Source of the DNA: Vermamoeba vermiformis
Taxonomy: Eukaryota
Assembly (NCBI GenBank): GCA_045837725.1
Contig: JBEWZL010000101.1
Location: 1-64,000 of the forward strand
Length of the DNA stretch: 64,000 nt
Direction: 5' to 3'
Shown here: positions 1 through 11,046 of the stretch, one piece after another
Numbering within the stretch: position 1 is the stretch's first letter
How the letters are laid out: each line of letters starts with the position of its first letter
The notes under the pieces: model-generated
What the model was told of the DNA's origin: nothing
Database searches by the model: none
The model's input: only the letters and a program-made list of their open reading frames with translations
Translations under genes and position numbers: made by a program

Positions 1-41
1 CGCGTTCCCAAATCCACGAAATTTTGAATCAACGAATTGCT

Positions 42-1000
42 CTACATAATAATCGATATTAGTACCTTAAAATGTTATAATAATAACTATTTGACTTACT
101 TTTAGCGCGTTCGATGCGCGCAATTAATTACTGAAGCGGGGATCAATGCAGGGCCCCAGGGGATCGCAACGTTAAAGTATGCACGCACAACTCTAATGAT
201 AGTAAAGAGTTAAATAAATAAATAAACATCAATTTTACTTACTTTTGGGGCAATCGATGCGCGTCATTGAACTTCTGCGAGATCGAGTGGTTGACTTCGC
301 GATCTCTGGCCCCAGCTCCGTGGCATCTCCTAGGCGTAAAATTAGCATCAATTATTTAAAATGTTAATATATAAGGGGGATCACTTACCTTTAAGACAAT
401 CGATGCCCCGTATTGAAAGTTTAGCTGATCGAGACGCGTTGGATCTCGATCTCGTAATTTCTCTTCCATAACCGCCTTCGTTATATCTACTAATATAAGG
501 CGTTAGTATTGACCAATTTATTACCCTACGCGTACTTACGGGTCTTCTACTGTCAATGTAATGGATCTGTTAACGCGGGAAGATCGCGTTCGAGATCCGC
601 CACGGTGAATTTGTTTAACCTAAAAAAAACACATTAGGATATTAAATGATAATTAAATAAACGATTTTAACTACTTACTCTTTAGCCACTACCGGTCATC
701 GAGCGATCTACTTCGCGCTCGATCTAGAACCATCGTCTTCGTACTGACGCTCAAATAACCTATCAAATAATCATTAGTATATCGTATTAATAATAAATTA
801 AACAATTATTTAAATTTTGCACGAGCACGAAGCTCGATCCGATTTCTCTGATTTAAAAAAATTTTCCTTGATTTTTAAATTTCAAAAAGACGCATTTATT
901 GCGTCATATTGATTGTTATTATTCTTACGTAATTACTTACGGAATATTTCGATGCGGCCAACGCATCCGATCTCGCCAACAAGTTGCCTAGTCCATGAGC
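42..1000 (-). other. Chain of ~85-100 nt exon-like segments separated by short GT-AG introns; unknown spliced gene, relic or lncRNA
   Basis: On the + strand, CTTAC (reverse of donor GTAAG) recurs near 95, 238, 384, 535, 674 and 935, each at the end of an AT-rich CT...AC block. Two exons read open on the minus strand (DATELGPEIAKSTTRSRRSSMTRIDCPK; YNEGGYGREITRSRSNASRSAKLSIRGIDCLK). No continuous ORF could be assembled. Confidence 0.4.
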
Positions 1001-2264
1001 GAGCACTGAGAAGACCTCCAACGCGGGACACGAACGAAAAGCATGAGCATGCACTGAAACGACCATTGGTGGTCTAGATCCGGCAATACGAAAGTCAATA
1101 AAACTTTCGATCGCGCGCGCGTTTTTCCATTCATTACTGTAATGAAAAATAAATATTATAACGATGTCTTAAATATAATTACATAGTATTTCGTTAAAAA
1201 TCCGGATAAAATTCGAGCACTAAGCTCTAATCCGGATCTTTAATTTTTTAATTGAAAAATCAATAATTCAATCAACGATTTCCATATATTATAATTGGTG
1301 GAAGAGTCACCAGAAAATTATTACCTTTTAAGATCTCGGTCACAGTTCCGAGATTTAGACGCGACAAATTGCTGACTTGCATGTCGCGCTGCAACGACGC
1401 TGATTATCGTTGTGCGCGTGTTGACTAACAATAATATCTATAATTAATACAATAATTCGTCCCTTGTGATCGAACTATTGTAAATCCAAAATCGCATCGG
1501 GGATCGTCGCAAATAACTCGCGCTGAAACGGCTCTGGTGCCGTGGCGCGTAACTGTCTGCTGTAAATCATCAATAAAAAGTAAACAATTCGACCCTTGTG
1601 GTCGATCTCTCGTCGTTCTATTTTTAGTGACAAGTTCGTATCCGCTACCGGAATTGTCAGTGAGTAAGAATCGCTTCATCATAATATATTAATGCTTATT
1701 AATATTGTTAACATTGTTTCATGAATTAATTTAAGAGAATTTCGGTGATCTCGCGGATTTAAATCCGTTCGAACTTCGAGATCGGACTTAGAACCGCGAG
1801 TAAAAATAAACTATTGATAAATTACTGGTACTTACGGGTTATTTAGCCATTATTAGCCATTAATTTCTCCAAAGCTGACGCAATCCGAGTTGTCAGATCT
1901 CCGCGACGTTCTATGACTATCAACGTTTTCGAAAAAAAAACCAACCACTCCACACGTTGTTAGTAGGCACCTACTAACGAAATTTATCAAAATTAAATAA
2001 ATCCAAATTAATTATGCAAACTTCGCGATCTTGGGCATGGTCGTGCCCACCCGGGATTATCGCGATAACTACCTTACCTTATCAAATAATATCGCGACCC
2101 TATATTCAATAGATAGATCTCTGTTTAATCTATCTGTTCCTGCAATAAATTCTTCAAAAATCAATGTTCATGTTCTTTTTTGGCTATTTTGCTTCGATTT
2201 TTTGCCACGATTTTTTGGGCATGGTTTTCGCATCAATCCTGAGCGTTTCATGCCCATCGTATAA

Positions 2265-4082
2265 CCCCGGAACTACGCGCGTGTTCTTTTTGCTCGGCTT
2301 TACTTAGCTCTCAATAGCATTCTTAACACTCTTTTTCATTAGCTCCAACCACATTCTTTATGCTCTTTGTTTGTCAATTTTTCATCATCCGCTAACTGTT
2401 TTGCCATTAATTGACTCACACCATATCATCATTTTCATGATAATCATCTTCATCATTACATTTTCATCATCACATGATCATCATCATTAAAACTCTTCAA
2501 TATTTGTCATTTCTCTGTGAACTACCCCCTGCAGGGAAAGCAGCCCCGGAACTACACGCGCGCTCTTTTTTGTTCGGCCTTTTTTAGCTCCCAATTACCT
2601 TCTTAACACTCTTCTTTGTTAGCTCCAACTACATTCTTTATGCTCTTGTGCACCACGTCATCACTTCATCATTATCATCCTTATCATCATTATCAAATTA
2701 TCCTACAATTTTTATCATTTTTTTTTAAACTACCCCCTGCGGGGATCGATCCCCGGTACTACACTAGCGTTCTTTTTGTTCGGCCTTTTTTAGCTCCCAA
2801 TTACCTTCTTAACGCTCTTCTTTGTTAGCTCCAACTACATTCTTTATGCTCTTTGTTTTTTTATTTCCATCCTTGATTTGCTGTTTTGTTATCAAGTCAC
2901 TCACACCATATCATCATCACTCCATATCATCATCACATCATCATCATCACATTACCATCATCATCATCATTGAATTATTTCAAGTATCATTGAATTTCTT
3001 CGTAACCTACCCCCTGCGGGGAAAGCAGCCCTGTTACTACAAGCGCGGTCTTTTTGTTCGGCATTTACTTGCTTTCGGTACCATTCTTTACGCTCTTCGT
3101 TGTTAGCTCCAAGTACATTCTTTATGCTCTTGATTCGTTCAACCATATCATCATCATTGCCATGATCATCATCTTGTCTTCATCATCATCATCATCATCC
3201 TCAGGATGATCATCATCACTGCATCATCATTACATCATCATCATCAACTAATTGCAATTTTCATTCATTTTCTTTAAACTTACCCCCTGCGGGGATCGAT
3301 CCCTGGAACTACATGAGCGTTCTTTTTGTTCGGCTTTTACTTGCTCTCAATGCCGTTCTTTCTGCTCTTTTTTACGACACATCATCACATCATCATCATC
3401 ATCGTTCTCATATTCACGATCATCATCATTGTCATCATCATCATATCATCTAATTTCAATTTTCATTCATTTTCTTTAAAGTTACCCCCTGCGGGGATCA
3501 ATCCCCAGAACTGCACTAGCGTTCTTTTTGTTTGGCTTTTACTTTGCTCTCAATTCCGTTCTTAATGCTCTTTTTGCACGACATTGTCACATCATCATTA
3601 TCATCCTTCTCATGATCATCATCATCATCATCATAATCATCACCATCATTATCATCATTGTCATCATCATCAACTAATCTCAAATTTCACTGATTTTCTT
3701 CATAAGTTACCCCCTGCGGGGATTGATCCCCGGAAAAGAGTGCGCGGAGCGCTATTAGATCCAAATATCGATCTTTTTGCTCTTTTTTACGTGCAAAATG
3801 ATGGGAATTACGCGCGTTAGCGTGATTATCCCGTGCTTAAAGCGTACGTGTACCAGTTAACAGTCATTGATACCATTGCAATGATGATCATCATCACCAT
3901 CATCATCATCATCACAATCAAATCAATTCAATTTTCATTCACTTTTTCAAACCTACCCCCTGCGGGGATTGATCCCCAGAAAGAACGCGCGCGGAGCGCG
4001 ACTAGATCCAAATCGCGTTCTTTATGCTCTTTTTGATGCGAAAAACGATGGGCTTTACGCGCGTTAGCGCGACTATCCCGGA
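2265..4082. repeat. Degenerate tandem array of ~200-280 bp units: core (C/T)TACCCCCTGCGGGGATCGATCCCCGG, a T-rich body and a (CAT)n-rich linker
   Basis: Cores start at about 2525, 2733, 3010, 3283, 3485, 3710 and 3956, with a partial unit at 2265 and a degenerate core at 4258. The first units share the body GTTCTTTTTGTTCGGC...TTAGCTCCAACTACATTCTTTATGCTCTT. Confidence 0.9.
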
Positions 4083-4255
4083 TTTAAAGCACGCGTTGCT
4101 GTTACTTTACATTGATTAGTATACCAATGATGAAGAATGACATCCTTCATTCTTCTATTGATTTAAAGCATTCGTGTACCAATTAACATTCATTGATTAG
4201 AATTAACAATGAAATTTCATTCTCTTATCCTCATCATTTCATTCATTTTTATTTG

Positions 4256-4740
4256 GGCCCCGCGGGGATCAAGACTAAAGCAATCACGCATTAACTCTAA
4301 CAATACTAAGGAGTTAGTAATTGTATATTTATAATATTAAAACGTAAATAAACTTACCTATTTACCACAACACTGATAATTGGTTCGCGAATCCAGTCAA
4401 GTTGCGGATCGCATTTCTTCAACACTTTAGCAAATTTAGCCAATCTACTGTCATATTATTTTAGTCACTATATAGCACAATCATCGAATATTACTTACGG
4501 GCCTTGAATCTTCGACTATCGTGACAATTCAGCGCGTCAGATCCCTCCACCGATCCACTAAGTCAGCCTCATGCTAAACCTATAAAAACGGAATTAATAC
4601 ATTATATTATTACTTTTGATAATCTATAGTTTAAACTTACCGATGCAATCAATGTGCCGTGTTAGATTTAGATCGCGCTACTTGTCACGACAATATCTAG
4701 TAAATGGATTGCAGGCACGGGATAAAATCAAGTCACCTTT
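4256..4740 (-). other. Second chain of short exon-like segments, apparently related to the 42-1000 chain
   Basis: Reverse donors CTTAC near 4353, 4494 and 4636. 4256-4320 (GGCCCCGCGGGGATC...ACTCTAACAATACTAAGGAGTTA) resembles 151-212 (GGCCCCAGGGGGATC...ACTCTAATGATAGTAAAGAGTTA). Confidence 0.35.
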
Positions 4741-4774
4741 ACATTTATTAATAATAGCAGAGGCAGTGCTAAGT

Positions 4775-4881
4775 GTTTGAGTCGACTCAAAAAAAACAAA
4801 AATAAAATGCTGCGGACGCCAGGAGTTGAACCTGCGCTGGTCAGAAATTCCGACCAAAAGTTTGAGTCGACTCAAAAAAAA
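4775..4881. repeat. 22-bp direct repeat GTTTGAGTCGACTCAAAAAAAA, each copy containing the 16-bp palindrome TTTGAGTCGACTCAAA
   Basis: Identical copies at 4775-4796 and 4860-4881, read directly from the sequence. Confidence 0.95.
4808..4870 (-). pseudogene. tRNA-like 3' half (class II, Leu/Ser-like) with no D-arm or 5' half
   Basis: Minus strand reads GACTCAAACTTTT-GGTCGGAATTTCTGACC (variable-arm-like hairpin)-AGCGCAGGTTCAACTCCTGG (T-arm/B-box)-CGTCCGCA, followed by a T-rich tract. Confidence 0.5.
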
Positions 4882-5371
4882 TTCAATTCGGGCCCCACGA
4901 GTTTACCGTTTTTATGCAAGCAGCGTGTACGAATTGTGGTGAGTGCAATTTCTGCAACGCCTTGCTCGTGGCCTTGATTTTGAGACGATCTGCGTCGATG
5001 TAGAAGAACAGGGTCTTAAAATTCCGGGCACTGTTTAAAAAATACAATTAAAATTGTTACATATTATATTGAATTATTAAAAGGTAATAAGCCATAAATA
5101 ATGATTTTTTTAAAAAAAATAAATCCGATCAAGGACTTATCTGAGCATTGCTTTCGCGCTCAAATTATAAATCGTGCGTATAAAATTATTACGTGTAATT
5201 TTTTTTACTATGCAAAGACTTGTGGTAATCTTGCTGAAAGATACGCAGCAATAAAAATGTCAAAATTTGACGGAATTACGTGTCATCGGAGACAAGATTC
5301 CGTAAATAACTCGAATTCCGTAAAAACGCGTCTGGCGGGTAAGTGATTTACCAATTTAACCTCCTACATTG

Positions 5372-6590
5372 CTGACGAAACACCACAGCCCACAGAAACG
5401 CGCAATCACTTGTCATCCACGGTAGCTAATGTTTACGAACCCGTTTTCAAATGCTTTTCAAGGTAAAATTAGTATAATTTAGCATATTTTTAAATTTTAA
5501 CAATATTTTTAATGAAAAAAAAAAACCAATTAACTACTCGCTTAATTACATCCTCGTTATTAATCCTGTGCATAAAAAATTCACTTGCTTAAACACAAAA
5601 ATATTAAATTATTATTTTAAAAGCAGCAAAAACTGCTGGGCAGCAATACACGTAAGTTACGATCCACAAAAAAGCGCTTTTAACTTACTGGTTGGATGTC
5701 TTAGGGATAATAATTTGTTGCACTACCAGAGGATGCATTCCCATATTCATCCTGTTACTTGCACGGGTCATTTGGAAGACTGTAATTGCCAATCTGAAGC
5801 ACCACTAAATTGTTTACCGGGCCAACCCGGCAATGAGATTCAAAGTACAACAAGCAAACTCAAAGCACTAATGGTTTGTTTTGTGTTGTTTGAGTGCGAA
5901 TGTAATTTTAATAAAATCATTTCAGCCAGTCGCCTCGCAAGTCTTTGCACAAACTCCAAGCATTAAAGGTATAATTCCTTTTTAGTTATACAGCCATACT
6001 AATGCCATGCACAGAAATTCCTTATCTCCAAGAACAGGATCCAGGATCAAATTTCAGCAACAGAATTTTATGTTGTAGCAGAAAGAATTTGCAATACATC
6101 AGTCAATTAAAGAGTACTTTGGGCATGTCTTTGCAAATTTTTGACTTAGCTTGGTAAGCTCATGTCTGAGTGTCAATTAACCTCTAACTCTAATTGTCCA
6201 GGAGCAATGACGAGTTCAAAGAGCTGCATCCAAATTACTTGTCTTCAAATACACACATCCCAGTATGTAGTAATGTTAATAATAAGAATTAATAGTAATT
6301 CTTTTTGCAGGTATCCTTCAGTAGCTTATTTGCACAGTCAGTAATGAGCATTTATGAAGCTCTAAAAGCTGATGCAATGGGTTTTGACATGGTGAAATTG
6401 ACCTCCCATGTCAATCCCTTAATGGACACTCAGTTTGTTGATTGCAAACATTGGTTGAAGGTATGTTGTTGGAATTTATTGCTTTTTTTTAACAATATTT
6501 CTAGCTAGATCAACCTGGCTTTATGTTATCGCAATCTGAAGCTGCTCTCCACTATTACATTTTGCCTTATTATTGGTATTTGCTGTATTG
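5372..6590 (+). pseudogene. Multi-exon gene or transposon-gene relic of unknown product, CpG-poor
   Basis: A series of short exons bounded by AG/GT sites (donors near 5463, 5652, 5874, 5969, 6153, 6462) with open frames such as DNNLLHYQRMHSHIHPVTCTGHLEDCNCQ and VSFSSLFAQSVMSIYEALKADAMGFD. No recognisable motif, and integrity is uncertain. Confidence 0.35.
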
Positions 6591-6820
6591 CTCTCCTAAA
6601 GCCCTTGACAAACTCTGGCTTGCTTTGCTCCAACAAAAGTCTATTCTGCTTGTGGATGATTGCTCAAATTTTGATGCAAGCCAATCTTGCCCCCTTTTAT
6701 CACACACAATTTTAATCAAAATATACTTGTTAAAACAGTTTGATTACATAAATTCTCCTGATTAGAATATCTTTGGCCTTTATAATTTGCTAAACTTAAC
6801 TTAGTTTTCTCAAAGCATGT

Positions 6821-6911
6821 CAAGGTGTCCATGGCTTTGCAGATACCTTCTTAATGATGGAGTCAAATCCCCCTCATGTCATCAGGTATCTGCAAAGCCA
6901 TGGACACCTTG
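6821..6911. repeat. Perfect 28-bp inverted repeat with a 35-nt spacer
   Basis: CAAGGTGTCCATGGCTTTGCAGATACCT (6821-6848) and its exact reverse complement (6884-6911). Confidence 0.95.
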
Positions 6912-6971
6912 CATCACTTTTGTTTATATGCATTTTTGCAACAACTGCAGACTTCATTTTGTGATGGTATT

Positions 6972-7244
6972 GTCCCTGCTGTGCGGATGGGCATCCGTGC
7001 TGTGCAGACAGCTGTCCCTGCTGTGCGGACAGGCATCCATGCTGTGCGGACGGGCGTCCGTGCTGTGTGGATGGGCGTCCCTGCTGTGTGGACAGGCATC
7101 TGTGCTGTGCGGACGGGCGTCCGTGCGGTGTGGACAGGTGTCCGTGCTGTGCGGACAGGCATCCGTGCTGTGCGGATGGGCGTCCGTGCTGTGCGGATGG
7201 GCGTCCGTGCAGTGTGGACAGGTGTCCCTGCTGTGCGGATGGGT
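6972..7244. repeat. 21-bp minisatellite, 13 units, consensus GTCCGTGCTGTGCGGACGGGC
   Basis: Units are in exact 21-bp register from 6972 to 7244. This explains the repetitive ORFs in all six frames. Confidence 0.95.
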
Positions 7245-7869
7245 GTGAAGTTGCCAAGGCATAAAAAAATTCACCCTTGGCTACAAAAAAACTGTAAAAT
7301 GCTAACCCCAACGTGATATATAACCCTAGACCCTATATAAGTAAGTATGCATATTCAAAATAGTTGCCACGAAACTAAGTTCCTTAACCTTAGGCTCAGC
7401 CTTCATTGTAAACCTGCCAAGGCAAATGGATGAAAAAACAATGTTTGTGATTCAAAATTGGGAATACAAAGACAGTACAGATTTTCGTATAATTGTATAT
7501 TCAAAAATAAACAACATGTATTCAAATCGTGGGGTTTTATTCAAAAATATGACATTTTCCAGGCTTTAGGCCTATAAGCCTTAAATTAGCTAAGCCTAAC
7601 TATATATATAATATGACATTAAAAAAACAGCTATAGAAACTTTGTAGCTACTTTTTACAATATTTTATTTTTAACCCTCTCACCCCCAAACCCTAAAGCT
7701 ATATTAGTAAGAACTTCTAGACCTGTTTACCTTTTATCTTTGTCAAAAAATTTGCAGCTTTTTTATCAAAGACAATTTGTCTGGCTTTGAGAAATCCTTG
7801 TGGCCCTAGCAGTGCTATTAATATTGAAATAATTATTATTGGTGTGATTGCCCAACAAAATTACTGCTA

Positions 7870-8270
7870 AATGCTGTAATGGTGTGCTGCTACAAGCTGG
7901 TCACCTGTTACCATCAATACTAATAAACACTTCCACTTTCTACAATGTGCTCAAGGGTAGACTAAGAAACTGACTTTTCCTTGATGGGACAGTATGAGTG
8001 TTAAACTCTTCAATCCAAAAGTATATTGACTCTAAGGCAGCATTTAAGGTGGGCCATCAATGCTAATGTTGAGCATCCTCCTTGGCGAAAGAGGGATTGT
8101 AAATCTCTGCTTAACATCAGCTGCTAAGCACCATTATCAAAGAACTTACTCATTCCACTAAATCCCTGCTTCTTATTCAAGGCTAGGCAGCTTTTGACAA
8201 GCTCATAATCTTCATTGGACTCCTAAACTTCACTGGGCTTGGATTTGAGAATTTGGTTTTGGCCATTCTG
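7870..8270 (-). pseudogene. Probable decayed multi-exon gene fragment
   Basis: Exon-like blocks between reverse splice sites read NGQNQILKSKPSEV*ESNEDYELVKSCLALNKK and ADVKQRFTIPLSPRRMLNISIDGPP*MLP*SQYTFGLK, with in-frame stops, in near-CpG-free DNA. Confidence 0.3.
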
Positions 8271-8453
8271 CAGAAAAATAACTTCACCCTGAACAATTTA
8301 TTAATTGTGGTTGCGCTGAAATCAATAGTTTGGACTGAATGAATATAAGCAAAGTTGTTGGAAATTGATATTTAACAACCAAAAATTTGAAGTACCTGCA
8401 ATCATCTTGGCTGGTAACCAGAAGCTCAGTACATACAAAAGCAAATTGAACCT

Positions 8454-10138
8454 TTAAACTTTATTTAATAAGGATATTCTGCCAGCAAAAACACCTTGTG
8501 GCACTACATCAGCAGAAAAGCCATCCAAAAATACACCAACATCCTTGTGAGCATACAAATCTCTCACCACAGCTTTAGTGTGCAAAGGGTATCCCAGTTG
8601 AGTGAAGTTGAACCCAATTGTCATTGGATGAGGGTCATTGAAAGGACCAGAATAGAATAATACAACAACCTTATCACCACCACTGAGAGGTCCTGCCCAC
8701 ACTTGCATTGGACCCAGCTGCCAAATTAAATCTCCCTGACTATAGTTAGACCTAAAAAAACATGGCAACAAGCACTTACTGCAACACCAAGTGGGTCTTG
8801 GTTAATGGCAATCAGCTCTTTGTTGGTTATTATTTGCAGAGTCTCATCTGTTAGCTTGGTCAGATCATTACCAAGGAGAAGAGGGGCTTTCATTAGACAC
8901 CACAGAGCGAAATGTGCCCTAAAATGACCATATAAGACTCAACACTATCCTCTCATTTGAATCTTACTGGTATTGTGCAGTTTGCATGCCGCCGTTGCCG
9001 ACTTCAAGCATGTCAGGGTCGTTCCAGCCACCAGGGCCAGCAAATTTGGATAAGCCAATGCTATTGTCGATGTTTCGCAGCAACTCGTCAAAGCTGTCTC
9101 CAATGTCTTCGGTAGTACGCCAAGCATTACCGACGCGCTTCGAGAATTAGACCAAATGCATAACAAGTCACTTGTAGACTTACTGCGCCGTAATTCCACG
9201 TGCCGCCTTTGCCAGCATTGCACAGCGAATAAAAGATTGGCCGACCTGTCGCATTCAAAGCATCGCGCATTCGCGAGTAACTAGGATACTATTATTATTT
9301 GAAAGAAAGAACGCGTCAAACCAGAGCTTACTTACAGGTATTCACCACTGACCGTGTGATCGGAGAAGCAATAATCGTACTAAGAGTAAGAACAGAGCAT
9401 GTTAGTGAGCAGTGCTAAAACTAAACGGTACTAGCCTTCAAATAATCCACTCCCCAATCAGCAAACGTCTGCGCGTCGATTTTCTCGTAACCGTACGAGC
9501 CTTAATGTAAGGTTAGAACTTTTAATAGATGGTAATAGACGGTGCATACCTGGTCGTTTAGCGCACGTGAGAGTACCACAATCGGCATATATGCCAAATT
9601 TAAGTCCGCGCTGGTGTGCTAAACTCACGCTGTTAGTTTGAGCATAATGAATCGCGCTTGCGTACCGTAATTCGCTAAAAAAGCCATGCCATTAGGGAAC
9701 GCCACAGGATCGGCCACTAATCTATCGTTTTCATCACGAGCAATCGCCCAACAATCGTCAACTAAATACAGGTTACTTCAGCAGATCGCGCGTCACCAAT
9801 TTCTTACTATTGACGTATTCGTAGCCAAACTTCTTCAAACGAGCTGACATAATATTAATTGTGTTGATTATTTTCGTTTCATTAACTTCGCAATGAAAGG
9901 CATTCCAGCTAAACAAAAGTTCCGGATTAGAAAAAACTATTTAATTGCGCATTGATTAATTTCTAAAATGGTTTTATCAATATGCGTAAAGCATAATTAA
10001 GTTAATTATTTTGCTAATAAAACAAATATACCTGTTCCAGCCCATAGGTGGCGTCCGACCAAGCCCGTTATTAAGCGCTTGGGAGATCTGAAGAACCAAC
10101 GCAAATACTAATATGACAATATACGATTGAATGCTCAT
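8454..10138 (-). CDS. Alpha-galactosidase, glycoside hydrolase family 27, secreted, about 10 exons
   Basis: Spliced translation: signal peptide, then LNNGLGRTPPMGWNSWN, DDCW, ADPVAFPNGM, GLKFGIYAD, FADWGVDYLKYD, MRDALNATGRPIFYSLC, AWRTTEDI, AGPGGWNDPDMLEVGNGGM, AHFALWCLMKAPLLLGND, IAINQDPLG, and a C-terminal beta-sandwich (QVWAGPLSGG). Confidence 0.95.
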
Positions 10139-11046
10139 CCTTGGTTCGCTCAACGAAAAATTAGCGCGATATCAAACAAAAACGCAAAAAAAGATTTTCT
10201 TTATGAATGCAATTGCCAGAACAATACAGAAATATTTAAGTCGAAGAAATTAAAATAAGTGGCGTAATGTAATGATAATATTGAATTCTAGTCGGCAGTG
10301 CCACTAGGATATCTGCAAGGTATCTGAATATAACCAGATCTCTTGAATAAGAGGCGAGTTTATTACTTATGCAACAAGAGGCGTTGATATATATATAATA
10401 TTCGTACTTTAACCTTACGAAACCGTAGTTGATCTCGCTGTCATCAGTCACCATCGGTTAACTCCGCCAATATAGAAACGCTTAATTTTAATATTGCCAG
10501 TATCGCCTAACTTTAATGCACTCCTAGTGCTCGCTCGCGAAGCTTGCACTACCTTTTGGATCATGTACTATGCTTAGATCACTAAGAAAACATGATAAAT
10601 ATCAAGTGTGGATGCGCAAATGGGCACTAATATTTTGCCAAGAACAACTAGATCGTTTCATGCGAAGGTACCGATTCATTCGCGATATTTTTATCTTGAT
10701 AAAGCAGCGAAAGTAATATTGAAACAGTTTAACTTTAAAGTTTCCAAATTTAGCTAACGGCGGAATTAATGCGTAAATAATCTGACGGTTGAAATACAAT
10801 TAAAGATTTCAGCAGCGTATCACTTATAATGTGAAAATAATCAAGAAAGTACTTACTACATCATCTTTCTCAGCTCTGCAACATCCGAAAGAAAGAGTAG
10901 TCAGCTGCTATTCTAATGCGGGGTTTGAGACTCGCTCCGTTCTTTGTGACGGCTGTAATAGCACCAGTAATGTTTCAAATTTGACAAGCAGATACGGTAT
11001 ATACTGACAGTTGAAACAAGTTCCGTCGTTCACAATGTTTCATGAA

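Noticed and set aside
2616-4036. His-rich and Ile-rich ORFs
   Set aside because: These are translations of (CAT)n tracts. Frames are not conserved between units and most use non-ATG starts.
2265-4082. CRISPR array (palindromic CCCC...GGGGAT core recalls type I-E repeats)
   Set aside because: The period is 200-280 bp, the sequences between cores are homologous or microsatellite rather than unique spacers, there are no cas genes, and the context is eukaryotic.
4808-4870. Intact tRNA gene
   Set aside because: No D-arm or 5' acceptor strand upstream on the minus strand, and the T-stem has a mismatch.
6817-7316. Repetitive ORFs in all six frames
   Set aside because: Artefact of a stop-free 21-bp minisatellite.
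7321-7697. Telomeric repeats (TAACCCTAGACCCTA, AAACCCTAAA)
   Set aside because: Only one or two isolated units, with no tandem tract.
5372-8400. Named transposase, integrase or reverse transcriptase
   Set aside because: No DDE, YxDD, HUH or tyrosine-recombinase motif was recognised in the exon fragments, so no element class is assigned.
8945-9223. Separate ORF or insertion inside the alpha-galactosidase gene
   Set aside because: It is an alternative frame over real GH27 exons (AWRTTEDI, WNDPDMLEVG).
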